This document shows positions 1 to 12,503 of a DNA stretch of 64,000 nt, in pieces. The DNA is taken from assembly GCF_018977255.1 (NCBI RefSeq), contig NW_024704742.1, positions 107,944,001 through 108,008,000 on the forward strand. The letters are read 5' to 3'. The notes under the pieces were generated by a model. The model worked only from the letters and a program-made list of their open reading frames with translations, had not been told where the DNA came from and made no database searches. Source of the stretch: Callorhinchus milii. Lineage: Eukaryota. The position numbers and the translations under genes were made by a program. Positions within the stretch are counted from its first letter, which is position 1. Every line of letters starts with the position of its first letter.

Positions 1-640
1 TACTGTGCTTGGAAATAAAAAGACTGATTCCCTCACTAAGATGAATTGTTCATTTTTGTGTTGTTAGTTAAACAGAATTCTTGACTGGTAGTAATCCATG
101 CTTTAGAGTTTGGGGGGTTGTTGGATTTTGATACTCTTACTTGCACTTAAAACACCCTCAATGCTCACAAATAGAATTATCCCATTGTATCCCCAAAGAG
201 TTGGATAAGAGAAAGTACTAAATCACCTTTGCATTTTTGAGTAATTATAGTAGCACTGATGTGGACAATGGAATAACGTATGGTCCAATATACTAATTGT
301 TCTTAGCATGCTAATCTGTGAAAGAACCCAAAAGGCAAAGAATTGTCCAGTTTGGTGAAAACGTATATTTAGTTAGTAACAGAGATGCAAACACAGTGGG
401 CTGCTCTGAACATGCTCACTTCAAATAGGGGATCACAATGTTTGATGATCAGAAAACATCTAATGAAGTTTGGTATTAATTCTGGCAAATAATTTATAAG
501 CTCTTCAGGGGTAAGTTGGTATTTCCAACTTAAAATGACATTGTCTGCACCTAAATCCTTCTTCCAGTACAGTTTTCGTTTTACAGCAGAACCGAGTTAT
601 AGGGGGCTTCATCGGTGTGGATCTCAACATTTATACAGTC

Positions 641-748
641 AAAATATACAGTCAATCCACTTTACAATATATTCTGTGAAGCACTTTGAGACGTCTCAAC
701 GACGTGATAAGTCGCTATATCAACTGCAAGGATTGTTATTATTATTTA
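641..748 (+). mobile_element. SINE 3' tail fragment
   Basis: aaaatatacagtcaatccactttac...gcaaggattgttattatt matches the SINE 3' end. Confidence 0.85.
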
Positions 749-1700
749 CTTACCCCAAAAATCCAAAATGCTGCACTGGCTCTATATGCTCTTTAGTAAG
801 CAGGCTGGCGTGCAAGAAATGCCAAGCTTCAAGGCAGCAGCATCATTTTCTCCGTATTGTGACTGCACATGCGGATGATTTTGAAATACCGACGTTGTTG
901 GCTGTCTTTCTGTGCATGTGCGCAATGAATGAAGAAGCTTTGGATTGCTATCATGTCGCATTTTAGCACAGTTTTTAGTATTTTATGGACTGTAACTACA
1001 AAATACCAATGTATTCAGAATCGAGATAAAGACTGAAATCTGCAATTCAGTTGAGTTTAAGAGCCAGACAGGTAGTATGAGGGAGGGAAGACTGTTAGTG
1101 GTAGGGAGCTTCACAAGCTACAGGTACCAGAAAAAGAATGAGTTGGAATATAATACAGTGAGTTTTGAATTGAGCAGTGGGAATGCCGGGTGGGGGGGGG
1201 GGGGGGGGCGCGTTATGCAGCTCAACACATTTGAAGCTTGGGAAACGCTAGAGAGGAAAGTTAGAAGGAGCGGAGGCAAAATAAAGAGAAAGAGATAAAG
1301 GACAAGAAACATTTTGATAGAGAAAGGATGGAGGCTGCAAGTGAGGAAGGCTCACTCATCCGACAACAAACTCTTTATCCTGTCCAGGAATGCAAAAGAC
1401 ACATTGGTAGAATCTCCCTAGATACAGGACAAGTCATCAAGTCTTGTAAAACATGGACCTGATAGAGAATTAAGAGTCACTCAGAATAAAAGATAACAGT
1501 TTGGCACAAAAGGAGCCAAACCTCTTGAAGGTTATTTTACTAATGGGGAGATATGAGAGTTCTATTTGAGGTCAAAGGAGATGTTGATGGTTAAGCAGTA
1601 TTAGGAGTGAAGCCACCAGAAGTATATTACATGGTGCATGGAATGGGGCATTACAAATGACAAATCATTCAACTTTCACTGAATTAGGTTTGATCATACA

Positions 1701-2058
1701 GTGGAGTCCTGTAGCTCAGTGGTTAGAGCACTCGCCTCGCAAGCAAGAGACTTGGGTTCAATTCCCAGCAGGGCGAAATGTTGAGCAAGTTTCCTTACTC
1801 CACATGCCTCTGTTTACCTTGCAGTAAGTAGGAACCTGGTTGTTAGTCGATTGGTAGATCACTTTTCCGGGGGTAATAATTCCTTAAGAAAAATTGTTAA
1901 TCCAATCCATGACTGTTTATACACTGCTGTGCGCAATTGACTGCTGTGTTTCGCCCACAAAATATACAGTCAATTCACTTTACAGTATATTCTGTGAAGT
2001 GCTGAGGCATCTCGAAGACGTGATAAGGTGCTCTATCAAATATAAGGATTATTATTAT
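1701..2058 (+). mobile_element. tRNA-Ala-headed SINE, subfamily A, full length
   Basis: A box TAGCTCAGTGG, B box GGTTCAATTCC, middle gcctctgtttacct..gcagtaagtaggaacc, L2-like tail and (ATT)n end. Confidence 0.92.
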
Positions 2059-2278
2059 CTTTCGGTTTCAAAAGTGAGCGACTTCATATTGTAGGTAAAC
2101 AAAAAAAATCACCTGTATTACTTAAAAATTCCTTGTAGTTCAGACCTATCAATCCAAGAAACAGAACATTTTGGTACATGATTGTACTCACTTATGGTCT
2201 TAGTATATCTACGTTTATACACACACACACACACAGACACACACATACATAGTTGTTTTGTGGGGAATATTCACTTAC

Positions 2279-2344
2279 ATGTTTAAGTTCCATAAGTTCC
2301 AGCAGATAACGTTATGGATCAGGTATCTCGTCTCCAGAGTCATT
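2279..2344 (-). other. Candidate 66-nt spliced exon
   Basis: tttttgttttgtaccttatag|AATGACTCTG...TTAAACAT|gtaagt. Confidence 0.5.
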
Positions 2345-2741
2345 CTATAAGGTACAAAACAAAAAGGCTGTGAAGAAACAAAGCTATTGAAGCCACAAAG
2401 GCTATTTTTTTTACTTGTAAACAATAACACACGGGTCTGGAGCTTGTATATAAAATGTGTTTCATTGTATAATAAGAACGATAACATCCCAGCTTGTTAT
2501 TTTAAATATTTTACTCAAGCATTCCTTTAAATTGACATCTCGAGCATCAAAACAAAGCAAAATTATATTTCCCGAATAAGAAAGGTAGGTTTGTCTTAAC
2601 TGTCTTAATATTTCCACTGAAAATATAAAAAAGATTTTAATGGATAGAAGGCACACGATCAAACAGAACTGAATTCAGTTGTGTTTAAAGGAACAGAAGG
2701 AAATGAAGGGGATGGGAACAAAGACAAAAAAAACAACTTAC

Positions 2742-2779
2742 CAGAAAAGGCTTCTGAGCTCCATGATGGTTTTAATCAT
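2742..2779 (-). other. Candidate 38-nt spliced exon of a host transcript
   Basis: tcttcgtctttctgtgttatgtttcag|ATGATTAAAACCATCATGGAGCTCAGAAGCCTTTTCTG|gtaagt: pyrimidine tract, CAG acceptor and consensus donor. Confidence 0.6.
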
Positions 2780-4057
2780 CTGAAACATAACACAGAAAGA
2801 CGAAGACAGTCATATCATCTCAGTGATAGAAAGCAGTTCCTATGACAGAACGAATGGTTCACACATCACTAGGCAACCGAGCTCATCTGTAATACAAATT
2901 AGCTGTCGGTCTATTCCTGGATTGGTACAAAATTAAGGATGATGTTCAAGTGACAGCACATTTTTTTTAATAATCTACAAAAAGTGATTCTTGCCACCCA
3001 TCCCCTTCCCCAAATAGGTTTTGTAGATTTCTATTGCTAATTTGATTCACTGCTCAGCAATCCTAGCTGGATGAAACTTATCTTAAATCAGTTAAGGAAG
3101 GCTATCAACATATCCAGGGCTTTGTCACTTACATGACATGAATCCTATCAGTTTGCATTTGAGTTAAGGATGCTTGTCCTTGCCTGCTGGTTGCGTCTTC
3201 CTTCTCCAACAGATCACACAAAGGCGTCTTTCAGCTTTGTGCCAAAAGCTGCCCGCTGTATTCCTACATTTACAATTACCACACTTGTTGAGGGCATAAT
3301 ATCAGACTTCCTCTCGCAGACTTAGCTCCAGCTTGCATGAGCAATTTGTAACCATATCAAAGCATCGAAATACTCACTACAAAAAAATCCATTAATTCTG
3401 CTATCCAAATTTTCTAAACAGAAGATACAAAAGCATAGATCAAAAAGGCATTTATCAAACACGGATCTTCTTGTTTTCACCAGTTAATTTCCACACTAAC
3501 ACGGCGTATTTCCAGAATGTTCCAAAATGATGCCTCAATAACTCTCTCTTTCATGAAGAAACAAGTTTGTTTAGAAATAATGGACAAGGAGCCACTTGTA
3601 TTATTTAACAAATAACGCAATATTTCTGGATCAACAAAAAACACCTGCATCATTTGTTTTTGGTTTCTATCGCCAGTGTTTTTCTCCCTATTCTTTCCTG
3701 AAAGTGCCAATATGTGCTGGGTCTTTTTTTCCACCCTCAGGCACCACACCCGACTGCCCAACGGGAACATTAGAACAAAGTCTAATTTTGTCATCATCCA
3801 ACACACGCATTCTCCAGCAGGGATCATTGGTGCGTGATCAGGAGAGGGAATTTGAGCTGATTTTTTCCTTTCTTACGACAGACAGTTAATCCCGCTGATA
3901 TCAGCTATCTAAAGCACAGACCAGGAATCAAAACTGCAATGTTCAGAGGATCAAAATACCTACTGGTATTTGCCTTAATGCCATGGTTTTAAAACTGAAG
4001 ACTCTACAGGAATTTTGGAGAATTTGTAAATTCATGCTTATTTTGGAACCTGGTTTT

Positions 4058-4268
4058 AATAATAAATAATAATCCTTGCATTTGATATAGCGCTTTTCAC
4101 GTCGGGAGGACGTCCCAAAGCGCTTCACAGAACACACTGTAAAGTGAACTGACTGTATATTTGTGGGCGAACGCGGCAGCCAATTGCGCACAGCAATGTT
4201 CCACAAACAGTCATAGATTGAAAATGACCAATTTTATTATTGTTTTTGGTTTTGGAGGGATTATTATT
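4058..4268 (-). mobile_element. SINE subfamily B, 5'-truncated
   Basis: Near-identical to the 3' two-thirds of the copies at 22738 and 52975. Confidence 0.9.
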
Positions 4269-4550
4269 TGTTTTCCCACTGTTCAGCATGGAAACCGGCT
4301 ATTTGGCTCAACTAGCTCATGCTGGAGTCTCCACACTGCTTAGTCCCTCCGATCCTCCTAATTCATCCTCCCTGCTGGCAATTTAGCTTCCCATGCAATG
4401 CTGCTGAGATCAGCAAACTTAGCACAGACCACCAAGTTCCTGCTCCATAAGATGCATCTCTATCCACTATTCCATAAGGGCTGCCCTACACTCCCAATGT
4501 TTAGAAGACAGTATCTCAATATACCTCTTTTACCTCAAAGGAAGCACACT

Positions 4551-4921
4551 GTGGAGTCCTGTAGCTCGGGGTTAGAGCACTCCTCACGGAAGCGAGAGAC
4601 CTAGATTTGATTCCCAGCAGGACAAAATGTTGGGCAAGTTTCCTTACTCCACATGCCTGTTTACCTAGTAGTAAGTAGGAATCCAGTTGTTAGTCGATTG
4701 GTGGATCACTTTTCCAGGGATAATAATTCCTTCACAAAAAATAATAATCTATTGGTTACTCAATCCATGACTGTTTGTTAGACACTGCTGTGCGCAATTG
4801 GCTGCCTCATTTCGCCCACAAATATACAGTCAATTCACTTTACAGTATATTCTGTGAAGCGCTTTGAAACGTCTCGAAGATGTGATAAGACGTTATATCA
4901 AATGCAAGGATTATTATTATT
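4551..4921 (+). mobile_element. SINE subfamily A, full length
   Basis: Same head, middle and tail as 1701-2058. Confidence 0.92.
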
Positions 4922-5965
4922 CAGGATTTTCACCCTGGAGGCATCTGATGTACTTGTACTGAGATCACAGGATCAGTCAAAGGAGCTTTGTTTGCAAGTT
5001 ATTTGGGCAGGTCAATTTAAAAAAAAACATTTTAAGGTCAATTGATTGACCCTATTCTTTGAATTCATCATGAAGCACGCAGCATTGTTACAGTACAATA
5101 AACCGGGAGAATCAATACCTCAATCAGAACTACATCTCCAAAGAATCAAATCTTTGTGTAACCAATGCATCGGATAACACTGCAGAGCAGACGCGAAGCA
5201 GAAAAAATCTCCAGTCACATCATTCAATACATTGTCTGGACTTGCCTCACAGCATTGTAATACCCATTCTCCTAAATCACACATCATCTTCAAAATTGAA
5301 ACATTGGAAATATTTCCAAGTCAGATAAGCACATGGTCAGAATAGAAAGAAAAATGGTTTTATGGGAAATCCAGTAATCTGGCATATATTATAAATGATA
5401 ACATGCCTTCAAGTGAATTTAAAGTAATAATCCAATCGAGAGGTACAAATCACGAACATAAATTCATATTTGTTTCTTGACAACGTGATCTGAACCCCTC
5501 AATTAAATTACTACTTAGTAATTCACTTCCAGGTGCCCATTATGCTCTGGTGGATCTGAGTTTGAAAAGACAAGGTAACTTGATTGAGACATTATAGTTG
5601 ACTGAGGATACCCTCGAGACATTCTAACATGTAACAGGGTGGGACTCAAGCAATTTTTCCCACTTCCCTCTATATACACACACTGTCACGAAGCTTGGTA
5701 TTTGATACCCAATGCTTCAATGATTAGAGTCGGGGCTTCTCGAGTCGGGAGGACACAGCCAGTATCCTGGTTGTATTAACTAATTTAAATACACAAGTAT
5801 ATATTTTTACGACACCCCAAAGCCTTAAATTAAGTTTGAGTCATAACACATAAAATGCTGGCACTTACCCCTTTCAAGGTGCTACTCTATTATAACCTAG
5901 CAACCCTAGACCACTTTGCATCTAAAGAACACAAAAATTCAAGACATATAATGGGAGCAAACACA

Positions 5966-6338
5966 CAACAACAACAAGATTTCATTTATAGAGCGCCTTT
6001 CACGTCGGGAGGACGTCCCAAGGCGCTGGACAGTTGGGTCGGGACCCGAGCAGGGGGGAAATGGTCAGGGGGAGGGAAGGGAGGGAGCGAGGAGAGGGTA
6101 GAGAGTCGAGAGGGGAGCTGAAGGCACGGTCGAAGAAAAAGGTCTTGAGACCGGCCTTGAAGGAGGAAAGGGAGGAGGCGGCGAAGGCACTGGGGGATAG
6201 AGTTCCAGAGCCTCGGGGCTGAGAGGCTGAAGGCCCGACCACCGATGGTAGGGCGGTTGGGGCGGGGGATGTGGAGCAGACCGGAGCCAGAGGAACGGAG
6301 GGTATGGGCAGGTAGGTAGGGGGATAGTAGGTCGGAGA
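5966..6338 (-). mobile_element. L2 LINE 3' fragment
   Basis: The reverse complement closely matches 47390-47850. It translates as [34 protein letters not shown] and ends in a (TTG)n tail. Confidence 0.92.
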
Positions 6339-7549
6339 TCCAACATAGCAACTAGACTTCTCTGCTATATAGTTATATATATAGCAGCAGAATATAGTTC
6401 AATGCAAACTACTATGGTTCTAGAAAAACAACAGCGGCTCCAATAAAATCAGATGGAATAGTAATAATGGACTTTTTTTTAATATTGTACATGGGCAATT
6501 GAGGACAGTAGGTTGTTTGTAATCACTTTGGAAATATTTCCAACAAGTGAAAAAATCACGTATTTGTTACTTCAGTAAAACTCTCAAAGTATCTGTATCA
6601 GTATATACAGTATATAAACTGTATGTCTTAAAAAGTCAAATTTAATCAATAGTCTACATTGCACGTGCGTAATTCAATGCAGCTGGTAAGTACGTGTCCA
6701 GTAGTTCGTCACTGCAGCTGCTCAGTGGACAAGCAGTTACGGGTCAAGACTACATCTCCCGCGATTCAATGCCTTTTGTCCTGTCACCACTGTGCATTTA
6801 TTAGTAAGCATTGTAATCGCATTGCATCGCAGAAAATTAAGATAGTGTAGTGAGAAGTTTAAAAATTTTAAACAAAAAAGATTTTTTAAATGGTTAATAG
6901 CTACTTGGCTTCTCTTCTCCCATTCTCTCCATTTTACAGTTTCCTTTACCTTTATATTAACCACTAATAAAGTCTATTCGTAAATTACTACCACACTTCT
7001 TTTTAAAAAAAAGTACAAATAATTTTAAATACTTTTTTTTAAACCTTACTTTTTATGTCGCCCGTAATTCTCACTACCCATTTTGGATCAGGTTGAGCTT
7101 GGATGCACTTAAAAAGGGAACCGGGTGCAGTGCTGGCAACTTAACGTTGCTTTGAGAAAATGACCCATCCACAGCACAAAAAGGGTTAAGCTTGAGAGAC
7201 AATCCCTGTCCAGTTGCAACAGCTGCTATATTGGAGTGGCTTAGCTGACTGTTTTAAATGTACTATAAAAGTCATCAACTACTTTCAGAAAATTCTAATG
7301 GTGCTGTCCTTGGCTTCCAGCTTCTATCGCATGATTTCAGTTGAGGAATGCTGGGAACCAAGCCTAGATCTCTTTAAAAGTCCAATTCAAGGCTTGTTGT
7401 ACAGTTGCTATATTTTCTTTGGCAAGATTTAGGAATTAACAATTTGCTAAGCTTTTCAGCTATTCATCACACACCTCTTAATAAAAGTGATGCTTTCAAG
7501 AAGAACTTCTTCTGAGGTGGAGTGAAGGGGTTAAGCCTTATTATTGTCC

Positions 7550-8473
7550 AATTATCTGGGTCAACAGAAAAGTGCGGAAAAATATTTGCCAAACATTGCG
7601 GGGAGGTTTGCACATTTTGGGGGAAATTGCGGGGGAATGTTTGACAATTTTGCAGAAAATGGTGGGAGTTGATTGGTGCTATTGAGGAACATTTTACTGC
7701 CAACTTACATTTTTTCACTCTATTGATAAAAACTAAACATGAAGAAATTACACATATTAGATTGTTGGAAAAAAAATTGCTTCTTTAACAAAAACTGGGT
7801 GGCCTTTTTTTTTGGATTGGGGGGAAGGGGGGTTACCAGCGATGCTACAGGAGCTCTCAGGAGCCCAGCACCACACTCAGACCCAGAGAGAGAAACGCAC
7901 ACACACACACACTCAGTGACGCACATACTCACAGACACAGAGAGATGCGCACACTGACAGACACATACTCACAGATAGACACACACACGTGCACACACAC
8001 ACACGCATCGATAAAGAGAGACACATTCTCAGAGAGAGACATAGTCACAGACACAGAGAGACACATTCTCAAGAGAGAGATGCACTCACCTCGAGACACT
8101 CACGAACAGAGAGACACACACTCACAAACACACCTAGGAGAGGGAGACACAGACATACTCTCAAACATAGAGAGAGACACACACAGAGACAGATAGAGGG
8201 GCAGAGACACGCAGAGACAGACACAGAGATACAGACACACACAGACGGACACACACAGAGAATCACACTGCAGGGCCTCCAAGTGAAGCCCATTTGCACC
8301 ACCCCACACACGTGTGTCTGAAGCCGCCCCATCCACAGTGATATCAGGTAAACAGCTGGAAGCCAAAATGTACAGAAACTATGTTTATAGCTGGTTTGTA
8401 GCGGAAGTGGGTGTTTTGCAGCGGATTCCAGGGGGGGAAATGCAGCCGCACTTTTCTATTGGCCCAGACAATT
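7550..8473. mobile_element. MITE-like element with 28-bp terminal inverted repeats
   Basis: aattatctgggtcaacagaaaagtgcgg (7550-7577) pairs with ccgcacttttctattggcccagacaatt (8446-8473) at 25 of 28 positions. Confidence 0.65.
7870..8265. repeat. Degenerate (CA)/(GA) low-complexity repeat
   Basis: Visible directly as acacacagagagac-type arrays. Confidence 0.95.
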
Positions 8474-10845
8474 ACCTTGAATTGCTCTGTGGAGGGTAAT
8501 TCCAGAGCAGACACCAGGAAGCATTTATATTTTGTGACCGAAATGGTGAACAGGAACTGTCTGATACTGTAACGGGGGAGAGATTGGGTTGGTGTTCAGG
8601 AAAGATGAAATCAAGCTAAATGGGTCTTCGGGCATTCTTCATCTGAATCTCTCTTGGGAACATGCCTGACCTGGGAGTGCTCAATACTGACACCATTCAA
8701 TGCCGACATTCAATGTTCAAAGTTGAAACGTGTTCAATTCCACAATATCGACATACCTGGTCTTAATGAAAACAACCTTGGTTAAGGCCCGAAGGACCAT
8801 TCAAGTAATATTAAATAGGCACCACTCAATCAGAAATGGGTTGCTTTGACTGGCTACAGAATGTGTAATAGTTTTGAATCTCATTTTACATAGTAATATG
8901 GAACTTCTTTAAAGTTAGTTTGTGGTTTCTTCTGTAAGGGCAATGTACATCCAATTCTGGTTTCCTGTCTCCTGGTTTGAGCAGTAGGTTTAGCAAGAGC
9001 CAAAACAAAGATAAAAATGCTTCAACAACTTAAAAAGTGATTGCACAATAACTGTGTGGTTGCAGTTTTCTTTCACCAAAGTAAGTTGATGTTGAGACCA
9101 GAGACGATACCTATACTTGATCTGGCAGTTTGGTAAAAGGGAAATAAACACCCTGGGGGAAGACTTATTTTAATATGACTTTACAGTGTGAAGTTGGCTG
9201 TAAAATAAAATAAAAATCAAGAGCAACATGGTACAACCAACCGCCTGGCGATCTCACACCTCACCACAACATACACATTCACTGGTTTTCCTTTAGTTTA
9301 GCCTTTTCAAACAAGACCAAAGGAAGCCAAACCCATATTTGCCAGGCCAAGGGTCAAATAGCACTCTGTCACTCTGTCAGAGATCATGGAGAGCAGAAAC
9401 AAGTTGGATGCTACAACAGTAGGGAGGAGGAGGAGGAGGAGTCAAACAGATTTCTGTCCACTTTAGAGCTTCAAAGTCAGCTGAACAATCAGAGGAATGA
9501 ACAATCTGCCATCTTGGGCAGAGTAAAGCCAAATGTAAGGGTAACAGATTAAAAATGACCAATAATATCTGAAAAGGCCGCTGCAATTTTTTTTGCTAAT
9601 TGCTGCATTGTTGTAACACTATATTGCACAATGGTTTACTAAAAATATTATATACAATGGTCAACATTTCTCAGCACTCCCATCTATGTTACATATCAGC
9701 AAGAGTTAAAAAGGCTCATCTCAAACAACTCTATACTTTGAAGCCACTATTTATATACAACTCCCTCTCACCCTGCCAAATTATCCCACCTTAGCATTTA
9801 CTTTAAATAAATATGAGCAGCACATGTTCCAGAAAGTGAAGTAAAAATAGAATACCCAATGCTGAAATGTGTTTAATTTCACTTTGGTGACATTGCCTTC
9901 AATTATACAGTATACGCACAACACAAGAAAGTTTTTATTTTTCAGTTGTAGTTATCTCAAGGGTTGCAAGATAAAAGCATGTAGTGAAGGTCCAAGGACA
10001 TTCCTCTTCCTTTGACATGATTCACTTAACATTCACCTGGACTGAAAACAAGACACTGGACACCACGTCTTACAGAAGACAGGCGATACTGGCAATTACT
10101 ACAGGAAAGTTCAATTGGAAAGCTGTTTAAAAGGCCAAACGTCAGGGTCTGAAAACAATCTATATCCCTAAGTTTTTACTTGTCAGGAATTTGAGTCTGC
10201 ACTGCAATATGTAATGTATTCTTAAAATCATTGTTCTCTTTTCCCCCCACATTGAAGGACAAAAATAGCACTTACTGTACAGCATGTACCTGTATTTGGA
10301 TAAGAAACAACCACACAAATATGTGCGAAGCTCCACAGTCACTTTATTTTTCTTCCTGGCAATGTTTACACAGCCTGCGTTAACAAGTTTCGAATATGAG
10401 ATTTGAAAATCTTGTTATTAATGGCATTCTTCCCCATTTGCTGTGTCTGTTGTTAGTTTAAGCCTCAAATAAGAATGGCAGCATTCCAGGTTATGCTGCT
10501 TATATTTTCAATATTTTTTTTGAAACAAAAGATTTCCAAGCACATGCACCTCTTGCCGAAGAGAGAGGATCAATGGCCCCTGAATGGAGCAGCTCTCTGC
10601 ATGGCTGATAAATGACCCAAAGTGGATTAATCTAACATCAGCAGGGGTGAAGTGCACACTTACACTCAACTTATATTGTCCCTTTGCAAAAGTAACGTAA
10701 TCATGGTTTTCAAAGAAAAGCATTTATTCAAATTGTTTTTTTTTACTATTAGGTATTAGGTGCAAAAAAAATTTCATGATGATTGCTAGGGGTGCAGAAG
10801 ATGTAGGAGAAAGCATACTGGACAAGTCATAGATGTTTCAGAGCC

Positions 10846-11212
10846 AATAATAATAATAATCCTTGCATTTGATCTAGCGCCTTACCACTTCTCCGAGACA
10901 TCTCAAAGCGCTTCACAGAATATACTGTTAAGTGAATTGACTGTATATTTGTGGGCGAAACACAATAACCAATTGCACACAGCAGCGTCCCACAAACAGT
11001 CGTGGACTGAGTGACCATATTATTATTATTTTTTTGAAGGGATTATTAACCATGGAAAAGCGATCCGACCACTCCACTAACAACTGGGTTCCTACTTATT
11101 GCTAGTTAAACAGAGGGCATAGAGTAAGGAAACGTGCCCAATGTTTTCGCTGCCTGGGAGTCGAACCTGGTTGCGAGGCAAGTGCTCTAAACCACTGAGC
11201 TACAGGACTCCA
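10846..11212 (-). mobile_element. SINE subfamily A, full length
   Basis: Reverse complement of the family, ending ccactgagctacaggactcca. Confidence 0.92.
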
Positions 11213-12055
11213 AAAAGTAAAGCGATTTCAGTGACCAAACAACATGCAGAATAACATGTTATTTATAATAGAACAGACCCCTGTATTTGGCTCTACGTGC
11301 CATATCCAATCAGTGTGACTCACTAGTTCCTCATACATGATAAAATAAAATACAATTTACATTTATATAGAGCCTTTTATATCAGGAGGATGTCTCAAAT
11401 TGCCTTACACAGTTGGCTAGGCATCCACGTTTGGGAGGGGGTGTGGGGGGGATGCAGTAAGTCTTAAGGTGGACATGGAACTACGTGAACAAAGAACTAT
11501 TCTCAGAAGGACACATGATAAAATTCATTATTCGGGATCTCTGGCAGTCAATTTCCAGCCATTGAATTTTAAACGCATTGCTTTTACTTCATGTGCAGCT
11601 TTAATAATCATGATCTAGACATCATTGACAGAAGGGGAAAATAACCATTTTTAAAGTAGTCATTTTTAAAATGGAATTCTACTAAAAACTCCTTAGACTG
11701 TGTCAAAGTGAAAGCTAGCAGCTTTATTTTGTTCTCTTAAAGAGAAAGCCTGCATGAAATAAGTAGAACGAAGCACACAACAGAATATTCATTACATTAT
11801 TATGGAAGTATCATAAACGTATTACTTTGCAAGCGATATTAAACATAGTGTCATTAGGAAAGCTGTCCTGTTTTGCTATCATACCATATAATGATGCATA
11901 AACACAGATAGATGAGATTGTACTGTGGAACCATGTAATGTTCTATTAACAGAACTGTGAATCGTGTTCATTTCTTTTGAGCGATTTTCTGGCTTGATGC
12001 CTCAATCCCTGCCCTGTTATCTCATGTGATGATATGGGTTGCAGCAAAGTGTTCA

Positions 12056-12503
12056 TAATAATAATAATCCTTGCATTTGATATAGCACCTTATCATGTCA
12101 TCGAGCATCTAAAAGCGCTTCACAGCATATACTGTAAAGTAGTTTGACTGTATTTTGTGGGTGAAATGCACAACCAGTTATGTAAAGCAGTGTCCCACAA
12201 ACAGCTATGGATCACAAGTGATCAATTTTTATTTTGGGGATTTGTTGGCCAGGACTCCGGGAGAGACTCCCTACTCTTTCATGGGATCTTTAACACCCTC
12301 CCGAACAAGCAGACAACACCTCAATTTAATCTCTCTTCCAATGGATGGCTTGGCTCCTCCATTCTGCAATGCAGCTCACCCCCACCATCGCATTGGAGAG
12401 TCTGTCAACTTGGACCATGCGATTTCAAGGTCCATCACGGAGATTGAACCCACAACCTTCTGACTGAAGAGGTGAGAGTGCGACCACTGAGCTAAGCTGA
12501 CAC
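12056..12503 (-). mobile_element. DeuSINE-like element (tRNA head, Deu-like domain, L2-like tail)
   Basis: The minus strand begins gtgtcagcttagctcagtggtcgcactc...ggttcaatctcc and has the central gttaaagatcccatga...cccggagtcctggccaa. This resembles the AmnSINE1/SacSINE1 Deu domain as I recall it. Confidence 0.75.

Noticed and set aside
1703..1775. tRNA-Ala gene (and similar heads elsewhere)
   Set aside because: A and B boxes and an anticodon arm are present, but each runs into a SINE body and tail and the copies are diverged. These are SINE heads.
10276..10289. Possible 14-nt minus-strand microexon (cag|GTACATGCTGTACA|gtaagt)
   Set aside because: The pyrimidine tract is weak and it cannot be distinguished from a chance match.
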